Source: a virus. Taken from it: a stretch of DNA of 64,000 nt. The notes beneath the pieces are model-generated. The model did no database searches and was not told the DNA's origin. It saw only the letters and a list, made by a program, of their open reading frames with translations. The stretch's first letter is position 1. Each line of letters starts with the position of its first letter. The DNA lies in the IMG/VR virus record IMGVR_UViG_3300042503_001836, positions 1 to 64,000 of that record; one strand, written 5' to 3'. Of this stretch, positions 37,300 through 47,258 are shown in pieces. The position numbers and the translations under genes are program-made.

Positions 37300-37768
37300 C
37301 TTTTCATCCCTGATAATCCAGGGATGATTATCTAAAACATATTGCCATGTTTTTTTAAGTTCAGGACTCAATGATTCAAACGGATCATTGAGTTTTTCTT
37401 TGTCTTTTAGTGTTACCTCAGTTTGTTGTTCTGTGATTGGTTTTGACGAAGGCATAGTCAGCAAAAAAATAAATATTTCTAATGTATATTCTACTTTATA
37501 TTTTATGCTCATGCAACAAAATAAAAAACAAGTTAACACATATTAATCATACTTTTAGTAGATGACTAAAGTCCCTTTTTATGTAATGACAATAATTACA
37601 TTTGTAATATGTAGTAGCATTATATATACTATAAGTAATAATAGATAGATTGTCTGATTACAATATTTCTAAGGGTAAATGTAAGAATTAGACGTTTAGG
37701 CTATCTAGGCATAAAACACAAAAAAGTGTTTTAATAGTAAATGTAAAATATTTTAAACTATCCGTAGT

Positions 37769-40700
37769 ATGCCAGTAGTTAAATTTTCTCTGAATCAGTA
37801 TCGTGCTTACTTTGACTTAGTTAAGCCTCAATATATTAGCTGGGATTTCTATAAAAAATATATAGACAGAAAACCGCCATTTGGCGAGTTAGGTGCAATT
37901 ATATATTTGAGAACTTACAGCCGATTTATTAATGAACTAAAACGCCGTGAACTATGGCAAGAAACCGTATTAAGAAACATTGAGTACAGCCTAAGCTTAG
38001 ACACTGTAACCCCATTAGAGGACAAATTTACAGAAGCTAAAGCGTTATTTGATATGATGTTTAACTTGCAGGGTTTTCCTGCGGGTAGAAGTCTATGGAC
38101 AGCAGGATCACCACAAACTGAAAAAGATTCATCCAGTAATTGGAACTGTACATTTAAGACTGTAGACAGTTTAAGCGCGTTTAGTGAGATTTTTTATTGG
38201 TTGTTAATTGGTGCTGGTACTGGTTTTAGTGTTGAGCAAAAATATATTTCTCAACTACCAGAATTTAATGCAAAAGTCCATGTGATTCATGAAGACTACA
38301 ACTATCAAAAGAGACTTGATGGTACTTTTGTTAATATCACAGATTCAGAAAGTAGTCCGCAGTTCCTAACAACTTACACCGATTTTGTAGAGACTTCAGA
38401 AATAATTAGACCTGACAATGAGTTTGTTAGACATCTAGATGATAACCACAAGATAGTTAGATTACAAATTGGCGATAGTAAAGAAGATTGGTGTAATGCT
38501 TTGAGAATATTTTTAAAAGCATTGACTAATAAAAATGTAGAGAAAATCTACATTAATTATGATCCTATACGTCCGCAGGGAACGCCTATCAAAACTTTTG
38601 GCGGACGTGCTAGTGGGCATAGAACATTATTAGAAATGTTTGATAATATTTCATATGTTCTTCAAAGATGTTCAGGTGTTTTAGCCTCTATTGACTGCTT
38701 AGATATCATAAATGCTTTAGGTTATAACGTAATGGCAGGTGGTGTACGTCGCTGCTTACCTAAAGGTACATTAGTTCATCTTCAAAATGGACTAGTACCA
38801 ATTGAAAAAGTCAAAGTGGGTGACATAGTAGCAACATCAAAAGGCTATCATCAGGTGACTGACTTTGTTTATCAAGGTATTCAACCAATATCCCAAATTA
38901 CAACGCAAGCGGGCATTTTTGAATGTACAGATAAACACAAAATAGCGATCATTTCTGACACTCAAGGTAACTATATCTGGAAGCAAGCTAAGGATATACA
39001 AATTGGTGACAGAATGGTATTTGTTAAAAATACTATTCCAGGTACAGAAACTAAACTTCCAGAATTTGACTACATTTATCCTGAACATAGTACAACCTGC
39101 AAAGCAATAACCATACCGGATATGAGTGATGATATCGCCTATTTGCTAGGTTTCTTACACGGAAATGGTTATGTTAGACTAACATCTTCAGAAGGAAATA
39201 TCAGCTTTGCAATAGCTCCTGATTTACCACAAATAGTAGAAAAAATTGACAGTATTATTAAGCAGTTCGGTGTTCATACAAAATTACGTGAACCCCAAGA
39301 AAATGATAACTGCTATAAGCTAGTAATTAAGTCAAAACAATTAGCTACTTTTTTAAGTCAGTTTAAGTTATCTAATCAAACTTTAGTTATTCCCGATCTA
39401 ATTCTTCAGGGTCTTGATTCTTATAGAGCAGCATACACGGCAGGCGTATTTGATGCCGACGGTTCAGTTAAAAACAGACCTATTACTGTTGCCACAAGTG
39501 TTTATCCTGAATTTTTGAAACAGTTGCAAGTAGTTTTATCAAGTTTAGGCATCTTAACTACTTTAAATAAAAAAAGAGATGCTAAAGGCAATTGGAAAGC
39601 ACTTCACATACTTAATCTGAAAGGGGAAATGTTTATTGATAGATTTGAAAGACAAGTAGCATCATTTTCACTTAAGTTTAGAGACAATAGAAAATCTGCA
39701 AGATCACAAAATGATTTTGGTTTTCCGTCCAGGATGGTCACTTCTGATAAAGTTAAGTTTGGCAGTCAATGGGATGCTAAATGTAAACAGATGACTGTAG
39801 CTAGACTTGAGAAAATCACAGGCATTGAGGTTTATAGAGTCCCTGTAGAAGTGTTAAGTATCAATCACGCGGTAAGAAATGATTACACTTACGATATCAG
39901 TGTGGATTCAGTAAATGAGTTTATTGCTGATACTGGTTATTTAGTACATAACACTGCTGAACTGGCTCTAGGCGATAGTTCAGATGAATCCTTTAAGACC
40001 GCAAAAGTAGGACTGTTTAGTGATCCAGCTAAAGCAAGAGTTAAGGATCTAAGAACAATGTCTAATAACTCTACAGGCGAATATGATCATCCTGGAGTAG
40101 ATGCAATTAATAAGACATTTGAATGTTTAGAAACTCAAGGTGACCCAGGTTTTTGGATTATTGGAAATAGTCAGAAATTAGCAACATCACCCGTTAAAGG
40201 CACGAATCCATGTGCTGAAGCGGCTTTAGACGACAAACAATCATGCAACTTAACGACTAAGAACGTTAGGGCTTGCATATACTTTGATAAAAAGTCTGGC
40301 AAGTGGGAGTATAACTGGGAACTAGGGAAAAAAGTCATTGAACTAATTACCCGACTAGGAACTCGGATCACACTAGCTAAACAATGGCATCCAGAATGGG
40401 ACAGAACACAGAAGAGAGATCGTTTGCTTGGAGTTTCTATGACAGGCGTAATGGATGCCTTTGATCTACTTGGTTGGGATTATGAGCAGCAAAAGTATTT
40501 CTTCCAATGGTGTAAGCAAACAGCGATAAAAGCCTCAGACGATTACCACGACTATTTAGGAATTAACAGAAGTGCTAGAGTCTGTTTAATGAAACCAGAA
40601 GGAACAATCAGCCTACTACCAACCGTTTCTAGTGGTATCCATCGCGCTTATGCTCCTTACTATTTACGTCGCGTTAGATTTAGTAAATCAGATCCTTTAG

Positions 40701-41209
40701 CACAAGTATTATTAGACTTGGGTCTTAAACCTGTACCGCAAAATGGGCAAGGCGACGATTTATTCAGTGATATTTGTAATACTTGGGTCTTTACATTTCC
40801 TATCAAGACTAATGCTAAAACTCGCGCAATTGATGAGCCAGTTACAGAACAATTAGAACGCTATAGACTAGCACAAACTAACTATGCTGATAGGGGCCAT
40901 AACATTTCAATAACTGTAACTGTTGCGCCAGATGAATATAAAACAGCCGCAAATTGGGTAAATGATAATTGGGATGACATTATTGGAATTGCTTTTTTAC
41001 CTAGATTTGATCCGGTTGAAGGTGGTAAAGCAGCTTATCCTTTGATGCCCCTAGAACCGTGTGACAAGGAAACTTATGAAGCTTTGAAAGCACAATTACC
41101 TGTACTTTCTCAAACAGATATTATCAATAAATTATCTGAGATTGAGAAAGGATTTGAGGAACAGGAATTAGATCAAGGATGTGTTACAGGTGCGTGTCCT
41201 ATTCGCTAG
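37769..41209 (+). CDS. nrdJ: Class II (B12-dependent) ribonucleotide reductase with intein
   Basis: RTYSR, PAGR.LW, WNC, GTGF, FGGRASG, AGGVRR|TAE, GTNPCAE, CNLT, KPEGT.S, C-terminal C..G.CPIR. Confidence 0.92.
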   Translation: MPVVKFSLNQYRAYFDLVKPQYISWDFYKKYIDRKPPFGELGAIIYLRTYSRFINELKRRELWQETVLRNIEYSLSLDTVTPLEDKFTEAKALFDMMFNLQGFPAGRSLWTAGSPQTEKDSSSNWNCTFKTVDSLSAFSEIFYWLLIGAGTGFSVEQKYISQLPEFNAKVHVIHEDYNYQKRLDGTFVNITDSESSPQFLTTYTDFVETSEIIRPDNEFVRHLDDNHKIVRLQIGDSKEDWCNALRIFLKALTNKNVEKIYINYDPIRPQGTPIKTFGGRASGHRTLLEMFDNISYVLQRCSGVLASIDCLDIINALGYNVMAGGVRRCLPKGTLVHLQNGLVPIEKVKVGDIVATSKGYHQVTDFVYQGIQPISQITTQAGIFECTDKHKIAIISDTQGNYIWKQAKDIQIGDRMVFVKNTIPGTETKLPEFDYIYPEHSTTCKAITIPDMSDDIAYLLGFLHGNGYVRLTSSEGNISFAIAPDLPQIVEKIDSIIKQFGVHTKLREPQENDNCYKLVIKSKQLATFLSQFKLSNQTLVIPDLILQGLDSYRAAYTAGVFDADGSVKNRPITVATSVYPEFLKQLQVVLSSLGILTTLNKKRDAKGNWKALHILNLKGEMFIDRFERQVASFSLKFRDNRKSARSQNDFGFPSRMVTSDKVKFGSQWDAKCKQMTVARLEKITGIEVYRVPVEVLSINHAVRNDYTYDISVDSVNEFIADTGYLVHNTAELALGDSSDESFKTAKVGLFSDPAKARVKDLRTMSNNSTGEYDHPGVDAINKTFECLETQGDPGFWIIGNSQKLATSPVKGTNPCAEAALDDKQSCNLTTKNVRACIYFDKKSGKWEYNWELGKKVIELITRLGTRITLAKQWHPEWDRTQKRDRLLGVSMTGVMDAFDLLGWDYEQQKYFFQWCKQTAIKASDDYHDYLGINRSARVCLMKPEGTISLLPTVSSGIHRAYAPYYLRRVRFSKSDPLAQVLLDLGLKPVPQNGQGDDLFSDICNTWVFTFPIKTNAKTRAIDEPVTEQLERYRLAQTNYADRGHNISITVTVAPDEYKTAANWVNDNWDDIIGIAFLPRFDPVEGGKAAYPLMPLEPCDKETYEALKAQLPVLSQTDIINKLSEIEKGFEEQELDQGCVTGACPIR
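38753..39952 (+). mobile_element. Intein with LAGLIDADG homing endonuclease (400 aa)
   Basis: Starts CLPKGT, ends LVHN, +1 residue Thr; YLLGFLHGNG and AGVFDADG motifs. Confidence 0.92.
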
Positions 41210-41350
41210 TTTCACACTAGAACAATTAATAGAGGTAGCTGATTTTTATGGATTAAAGCTACCTTTAATCTATTACAAAAGTCGAGTACAGCTAACAAAA
41301 GAAATACTTGACTTTGTACCAACATTTAACTACTACCAATAGACAAGACT

Positions 41351-41647
41351 ATGGGATATAAACCTCACGTTGAGCCAATACCAGAAAATTATTTTATTCC
41401 TGGCGATGTAGTTTATGACTGCGCTCTAAACTATTACGAAATAAGAAGTTATCCCCTTTGCAGACTTTACTTTGATCCTAACCCTAATGCTAAATTTCCA
41501 ATACAACCTAACGCTTTTGAAGGCATCACACCGGAAGAAAGAAAAGCAGGAAGGAAAGCAAATCATCTAAGTTATTTAGCTGTATTACGTGGGTACAATA
41601 GGGAGCATTTAGTAACAGATACTAGTTTTAAAAAAGTAGTTAATTAA
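41351..41647 (+). CDS. Hypothetical protein
   Basis: 98 aa; terminator follows. Confidence 0.5.
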   Translation: MGYKPHVEPIPENYFIPGDVVYDCALNYYEIRSYPLCRLYFDPNPNAKFPIQPNAFEGITPEERKAGRKANHLSYLAVLRGYNREHLVTDTSFKKVVN

Positions 41648-41709
41648 ACATAAAAAAGACTTATCTTGTTAATAGGATAAGTCTTTTTGTTTATTTAGTT
41701 TTTGTTAGA

Positions 41710-42183
41710 TTAAAACCCTAAGCTATAGCCAGCGTCAGCATACGCTTGGATTTCCACGTCAAAACTATCTAGTTTATGTGGTGGTTTTACAGGTGTAGGT
41801 TCACCTGCTAGATATTCCCCATCAAAATAGAAGATGGGAATATCTTTTTGCTTACAAAATTCAATTTCTGCTTTTGTGCTATTACCTATGTATCCAGATT
41901 TGTCTGATACTACTACGATCACATCAGACATTAATATTTTCTTGTAATGCAATGTTTTGATTTTCTCATAGACTTCCCCGGTGTTTCCTTCTCTATCTTT
42001 ATGATAAGAGTGTCCCCAGCTACCGCACATTAATACTATCCAACCATCAAATGTAAGACGACGGTTGATTTCCATGCACTCAGTAAAGAACTTTGTACTA
42101 CCACACAAAGTTACTATACCGTTGCCCAATTGAAAAAAATTATAAGCGGAGTACAGTTCAAACTCTTGTTCTTGATATGTCAT
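41710..42183 (-). CDS. Nucleoside 2-deoxyribosyltransferase-like protein
   Basis: TLCGSTKF, LH..KI.MSD, GYIG.ST..EIEF. Confidence 0.6.
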   Translation of the reverse strand: MTYQEQEFELYSAYNFFQLGNGIVTLCGSTKFFTECMEINRRLTFDGWIVLMCGSWGHSYHKDREGNTGEVYEKIKTLHYKKILMSDVIVVVSDKSGYIGNSTKAEIEFCKQKDIPIFYFDGEYLAGEPTPVKPPHKLDSFDVEIQAYADAGYSLGF

Positions 42184-42502
42184 TGGTTTACCTTTGTTGT
42201 TGAGATGTTGTCTATCTACCACTACCACGTTCGTCTTCAATCTTTAGCATATCCCCATCCTCATTAAAAATACTAGTCTGACTGTTATCAAAGCAGTTGC
42301 TACTATGAGCAACAGTAAAGTATTCAGCAGTAATTTTGTACTGCTAGAGCTTGTTTGTTCCATCTGTGTTTTATTGTTTTGATTAAAAATAAGATAACAC
42401 AAAATAAAATAATGTCAAACAGAAAATTATTAAGAAATGTTAAGACTTTATTTTTTGAGAAAACTAAGCTAGTATTAACGTACCTTAAACAAACTAAGAC
42501 CT

Positions 42503-42727
42503 ATGAAACTATTAACAGGAAAACAAGACGCGATCACACAATATAAACAACAATCAACACAGCCTATAATATATGAGGCTGAAGTAGTTGATTTACATCC
42601 TGAACCAGTGGCAGACATAGATTTTTTTAGATGTCCAACGGCTGAAGACATAGCACAAGCAGAACAGGAATTAGAACAAACTAGAAAGTTATCTTACTGG
42701 CAATGGCTTAAAAGTGTGCTAGGATAG
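42503..42727 (+). CDS. Hypothetical protein
   Basis: 74-aa ORF with ATG start. Confidence 0.5.
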   Translation: MKLLTGKQDAITQYKQQSTQPIIYEAEVVDLHPEPVADIDFFRCPTAEDIAQAEQELEQTRKLSYWQWLKSVLG

Positions 42728-42854
42728 GATTGTTAATCAAGGTTCATAAATCCACTAGGTGTAACAAGCGTTTCAGGTGTTATGCCTTATTTTTTATTTA
42801 TTAACAACTAGCAGATATCATGACCGAAAATAATGGGATACAAGCCCCGTCCTT

Positions 42855-43262
42855 TTAGGACGGCTTTTCTTGATTTTTAATACACTCCTTCAATATTTCT
42901 AGCGGCGCACCTCCTACAGAAATAGCAAAATAACTAGGACTCCATAATGCTTCTTTATGGGGTTTTTTATAGCCAGCTTGTCCGTATCTACGACTAGATA
43001 CACCTTTTAAAGCATTTACTATCTGGGAAATAGATAATTTAGGCGGGTACTCAATAAGTGCATGAACGTGATTATCTTCACCATTAAACTCAATCACTTG
43101 AAAGTTCATTTTTTCAGCAACTTCCCGAAATGATTTCTCAATCAAATCAATACTTTCTCCAGTAAATACAGACCGACGATATTTAGTAACACAGACTAAG
43201 TGAATCTTTAAGTCTGTAACACTATGTCTTTCACGCCTAAAGATAGTTGCCATTTTAATCAA
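42855..43262 (-). CDS. tnpA: IS200-family Y1 transposase with catalytic Tyr replaced by Cys
   Basis: HLVCVTKYR, HVH (HUH motif), LKGVSSR, LWSPSYF; ECIKNQ where YIxNQ is expected. Confidence 0.9.
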   Translation of the reverse strand: MIKMATIFRRERHSVTDLKIHLVCVTKYRRSVFTGESIDLIEKSFREVAEKMNFQVIEFNGEDNHVHALIEYPPKLSISQIVNALKGVSSRRYGQAGYKKPHKEALWSPSYFAISVGGAPLEILKECIKNQEKPS

Positions 43263-43304
43263 ACCAATATATAATTAATCTACCAACCAATTATAGCACT
43301 GATT

Positions 43305-44492
43305 ATGAAAGCCAGATATCAGTATCGTTTTTACCCCACAATTCAACAACAACAGAGTCTAGCTCAGTTGTTTGGTTGCGTTCGGGTGGTATGGAACGAT
43401 GCTTTGGCTATTTGTAAACAAGCAGAAAAATTGCCAAGCAATAATGATTTGCAAAAACTAGTTATTACTCAAGCAAAGAAAACTGCTGAACGTAATTGGT
43501 TGTCCGAGGTATCTAATATTCCTTTGCAGCAATCAGTTGCAGACTTAGGGGTTGCCTACAAAAACTTTTTTGACTCCATTAAAGGTAAGCGAAAAGGTAA
43601 AAAATTTGGGAGTCCCAAGTTTAAAAAGAAAACAAATCAGCAATCGGCACGGTTTAGAATTGGTGGTTTTTCAATTAAAGGAAATGAAGTTTATCTTGCT
43701 AAAATTGGAAACGTAAAACCAATCTGGTCTAGGGAATTACCAGCTTCGCCTAGTTCTGTAACAGTAATCAAAGATTGTGCTAATCGTTATTTTCTTAGTT
43801 TTGTAGTAGAAGTTGAACCTGTTAATATTGATGCCAAAAACCAAAGTATCGGTATTGATTTAGGAATTAAAACTTTTGCTGTCATGAGTAATGGGGAAAA
43901 AGCTAAAAGTCCTGATTACGCACAATTAGATAGGAAAATTCGTAAACTTCAAAAGAAGTTAGCACGTCAATCGAAAGACTCAAAGCGCAGAAATAAAACC
44001 CGAATTAAAATTGCAAAACTCCATAATCAAATTACTGATATCCGTAAAGACTTCTTGCACAAATTATCTACCAAAATTATTAACGAAAACCAAGTTATTG
44101 TTTTAGAAGACTTGAATGTGTCGGGCATGGTCAAAAACCGCAAACTTGCCAGAGTAATTAGTCTACAAGGATGGAGGCAATTTAGAACTTTATGCGAGGG
44201 TAAATCGCAAAAGTTTAATAGGGATTTTCGTGTTATTAGCAGATGGGAAGCAACAAGCCAAATTTGCTCTGAATGTGGATACAAATGGGGTAAACTTGAT
44301 TTGAAAATTCGGTCGGTTAAGTGCATGAGTTGTGGAACTGAACACGACCGAGACGAAAATGCTGCCAAAAATATAAATAAAGTCGGGATAGGGCATTGCC
44401 ACGACTCTAAACGGACGCAGAGACAGAATAAGACTACTTCGGTAGCATCAGTCGGTGAAGCGTCAAGAATCACCGCGCCTTTAGGTCGGTGA
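43305..44492 (+). CDS. tnpB: TnpB RNA-guided nuclease
   Basis: YRFYPT, GIDLG, VLEDL, CSECG...CMSCG, DRDENAA. Confidence 0.95.
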   Translation: MKARYQYRFYPTIQQQQSLAQLFGCVRVVWNDALAICKQAEKLPSNNDLQKLVITQAKKTAERNWLSEVSNIPLQQSVADLGVAYKNFFDSIKGKRKGKKFGSPKFKKKTNQQSARFRIGGFSIKGNEVYLAKIGNVKPIWSRELPASPSSVTVIKDCANRYFLSFVVEVEPVNIDAKNQSIGIDLGIKTFAVMSNGEKAKSPDYAQLDRKIRKLQKKLARQSKDSKRRNKTRIKIAKLHNQITDIRKDFLHKLSTKIINENQVIVLEDLNVSGMVKNRKLARVISLQGWRQFRTLCEGKSQKFNRDFRVISRWEATSQICSECGYKWGKLDLKIRSVKCMSCGTEHDRDENAAKNINKVGIGHCHDSKRTQRQNKTTSVASVGEASRITAPLGR

Positions 44493-44494
44493 GT

Positions 44495-44698
44495 ATGTCA
44501 AAACAGTATTTACAAGATTTAATAGATTTGAAGACTAAAGATCATCCTGAGATTGGAGATTGGTATATAGAGTACCGACCTTTTGATGGTTGGTATACTG
44601 TACCAGACTATCCAAGGTACACTGGTGATCCTGGTGAGTTTCTGGGTGCTAACTGGAAACAGAGCGCAAAAGCGATAAAAAGATTTTATAAACCTTGA
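44495..44698 (+). CDS. Hypothetical protein; start codon supplied by the IS right end
   Basis: ATGTCAA|AACAG is in frame with the downstream ORF. Confidence 0.6.
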   Translation: MSKQYLQDLIDLKTKDHPEIGDWYIEYRPFDGWYTVPDYPRYTGDPGEFLGANWKQSAKAIKRFYKP

Positions 44699-44851
44699 TC
44701 TATTACGCAGTTATTTGGATTCTGTTCCATCCCTAAAATTATTTTAAATTATTTTTCTCAAAACACTTGACATTAATTTTAAGTGCTGTTATATTAATGA
44801 TATAAGGAAAGCCACCGAACGTCTTAATTCCCGGTGGCGATGCAAAAAGTT

Positions 44852-45445
44852 ATGTCTACCACAATAGCACGTCCAGTTCTTAAAAAACAACCTCGCAAAG
44901 TTCAATCATTAAACCAAGTCAGCAAACACTACTATGAAGTAGTAGGAGACACTGGTAATCTCTACCAGTATGATTCTTTGATGGACTGCTGTAACTGCAA
45001 GGCAGGGCAGAACGGAATAGACTGCTATCATGCTAAAGCAGTCAGAGATAAAATAGAATACGACAACTTAAACAAGACTGAGTATCTAGTAGGAATACCC
45101 ACCACGGACATAGGTGGTATGATTCACGATCTTGGCTTAACTGCCAAATTTAAGGGTTTAGTTACCATTTGTGAGTTTTGGGGTGGACAACAAGCCATGT
45201 TAATTCAGGTCTACCACAAAGATTATTTTCTGTGTGAGATACATTGTATAAACCGTATTTTTGTTATTACAAACAACATGACTGGTAGATCCAAGACTCA
45301 TTGCCCCAAGGATCGGGGTGTGCTAGAAGTTCTTAAAGATAATTTACAGCGTCTTCGGAACTCCAGTCAATACTGGGATAGACAAGAAGCCAAAAACGCC
45401 TTACTTCCTACAGGTAACTGGGGTGTAATCAACGCAGGATTGTAA
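44852..45445 (+). CDS. SWIM zinc-finger protein
   Basis: Y.V......Y......CNC.......CYH. Confidence 0.7.
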   Translation: MSTTIARPVLKKQPRKVQSLNQVSKHYYEVVGDTGNLYQYDSLMDCCNCKAGQNGIDCYHAKAVRDKIEYDNLNKTEYLVGIPTTDIGGMIHDLGLTAKFKGLVTICEFWGGQQAMLIQVYHKDYFLCEIHCINRIFVITNNMTGRSKTHCPKDRGVLEVLKDNLQRLRNSSQYWDRQEAKNALLPTGNWGVINAGL

Positions 45446-45594
45446 AATTAAACAAAATAAAAGCGATGACCCACATCATCGCTCCAACCGATATCTCATT
45501 CATATAAAATAGTAGCATAAAGTATTTTTATATGAGTGAGATATTTTATTGTTTTGTGTAGTATGCTAGAAAACAGTCGTTATTATGCAGAACA

Positions 45595-45873
45595 ATGAAC
45601 AAAACAGAATTTGTATCAGCTATATTTGAAAGAACAAAACTCAAAAAGAATCAAGCTAAAGAAGCCATTGATGCTGCCTTAGAAATAATCCAAGAACAAG
45701 TAGCATCCGGTGAGTCTGTAGATTTTGTAGGCTTTGGATCTTTTTGTTCTGTGGAACTAAAAGAAAGAGAAGGCATTAACCCAAAAACTAAAGAAAAGAT
45801 TAGTATTCCTGCTAAAGTAACTCCTAAGTTTAAGCCAGGTAAAGCGTTTAAAGAGTTAGTTGCTAAAGCATAA
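45595..45873 (+). CDS. hup: HU/IHF-family DNA-binding protein
   Basis: MNKTE, V.FVGFGSF, R.GINPKT.E.I.IPA...PKFKPGK. Confidence 0.95.
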   Translation: MNKTEFVSAIFERTKLKKNQAKEAIDAALEIIQEQVASGESVDFVGFGSFCSVELKEREGINPKTKEKISIPAKVTPKFKPGKAFKELVAKA

Positions 45874-45916
45874 AAACAAAACCTCAGACTTATATAGTTC
45901 TGAGGTTTTTTTATAC

Positions 45917-46723
45917 TTATTTTTTTGGTAGTTCCAATACTTTTTTCTTAGGTGGTTCAGTCGTTGGTAGCTCTGTTATTTTACTAGGTAATACTTTCTT
46001 GATAGTTTCTACCGGATCACTAGTTACTACACCAACAGTTATTTTTTTCTTAACCAGTGGCTTATCCCCAGTTGGTTCAACTGTGATCACTTTCTTATTT
46101 TTTTTCTTTTTGATTTTCTTTTTGAGGCTTTTTAGTAGACTCTTATCCGGCACTTCTTCACTAATTAATTGATGACTGACTACTTGCAATTGACCATCTT
46201 CAAGCTTACAGACTAAAGCAGCTAATTTATGCTTATATAGTCCCCATAGGTCATCTGTAGCTGATACTTTAACTTTAAAACTACGAGTAGCAAAATTGAC
46301 CTTATGTTTAGTTGGTATTGGACTGTTAAAGTTCCGCTTAAGAATAAATTGGTAAACCTTCTCTTCTTTTTTACCACCCACTAATGCACCTGTAACCAAA
46401 AAGCAATTATCCACACCTTCTAGACCACATCCCACAATCGTAAATTGAACAGTTGCAGTGTTATCTTCAGTAGCCAATCTGTTTCTAAACCATACTAAAA
46501 AATAGTGAGATTTTGAGTATAAATTTTTTACTACTTGCCTACATTTAATGTGTACAAAAGCAGGAAACTCACCGTATTTAGTTTTCAGAACACCTTTACC
46601 CTTGTTTATCCCAGTCTGGTCTTCTAAATATGTGAACTTACCTTTAACTGTTCCCAATGCTTGAAAACCAGCATGATTAGGTATAGGTTCAATCTTGAAT
46701 GAGGGTTTGATTTTAGTTGCCAT
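45917..46723 (-). CDS. Basic hypothetical protein with Lys/Pro-rich tail
   Basis: 268-aa open ORF. Confidence 0.7.
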   Translation of the reverse strand: MATKIKPSFKIEPIPNHAGFQALGTVKGKFTYLEDQTGINKGKGVLKTKYGEFPAFVHIKCRQVVKNLYSKSHYFLVWFRNRLATEDNTATVQFTIVGCGLEGVDNCFLVTGALVGGKKEEKVYQFILKRNFNSPIPTKHKVNFATRSFKVKVSATDDLWGLYKHKLAALVCKLEDGQLQVVSHQLISEEVPDKSLLKSLKKKIKKKKNKKVITVEPTGDKPLVKKKITVGVVTSDPVETIKKVLPSKITELPTTEPPKKKVLELPKK

Positions 46724-46851
46724 TGCTGTAGTCCTGTTTTATCTAGCAGTATGGCATATTCTAGGCAGCTTGTAAAATGTGTGATTATTTTGCTTGACAT
46801 TATAATAAAATGGTGATATATTAATGAAAACAAACAAAGGTAAAATAACTT

Positions 46852-47136
46852 ATGGCAACCTATAAAATTTTTTACAATGCCTACATTGATCAAGAATCCC
46901 ACCCAAGTATAACTACTAAACAATCAGCAATAAAAATTGCTAAAACTTTGACCACTAATCAAGTTGGCGATTTCGACTGGGATGAAGATTGTAAATCCTT
47001 AAACTTCTGTGAATACGTCTTGGTTGAGGCAGAAACTCAACGGGAAGCGGTAGAATTTAACCCGGCAGCAATGCCACAAATAAAAGATGCGGATTATGCA
47101 GGAGTATCAAAACTTCGTAAAGCAAAAGTAGCATAA
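46852..47136 (+). CDS. Hypothetical protein
   Basis: Own promoter (TTGACA-17-TATATT), AAAGGT leader, terminator. Confidence 0.65.
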   Translation: MATYKIFYNAYIDQESHPSITTKQSAIKIAKTLTTNQVGDFDWDEDCKSLNFCEYVLVEAETQREAVEFNPAAMPQIKDADYAGVSKLRKAKVA

Positions 47137-47258
47137 TAAAAACCCCATGACTTGAAGTGTTTTAGTCATGGGGTTTGTGTGGATCTAGTACAAGTAACTT
47201 AGATTATAACATAAAATAAATAAGTTGCTTAAAATGCCAACTATTAAGTAAAACAAAA

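Larger units (their letters stand above)
42824..44501 (+). mobile_element. IS200/IS605-family element with divergent tnpA and tnpB
   Basis: Left-end hairpin CCGTCCTTTTAGGACGG; right-end hairpin TCACCG...CGGTGA ending TATGTCAA; removing the element restores an ORF. Confidence 0.85.

Noticed and set aside
44027-44473. Antisense ORFs in tnpB, and similar shadow ORFs in polA, cas3, nrdJ, the dnaN-like gene and the methylases
   Set aside because: They are opposite-strand shadows of well-supported genes, with no motifs of their own.
45491-45544. Long AT-rich palindrome upstream of hup
   Set aside because: It is a single occurrence and can be explained as a terminator or operator; nothing supports a larger claim.
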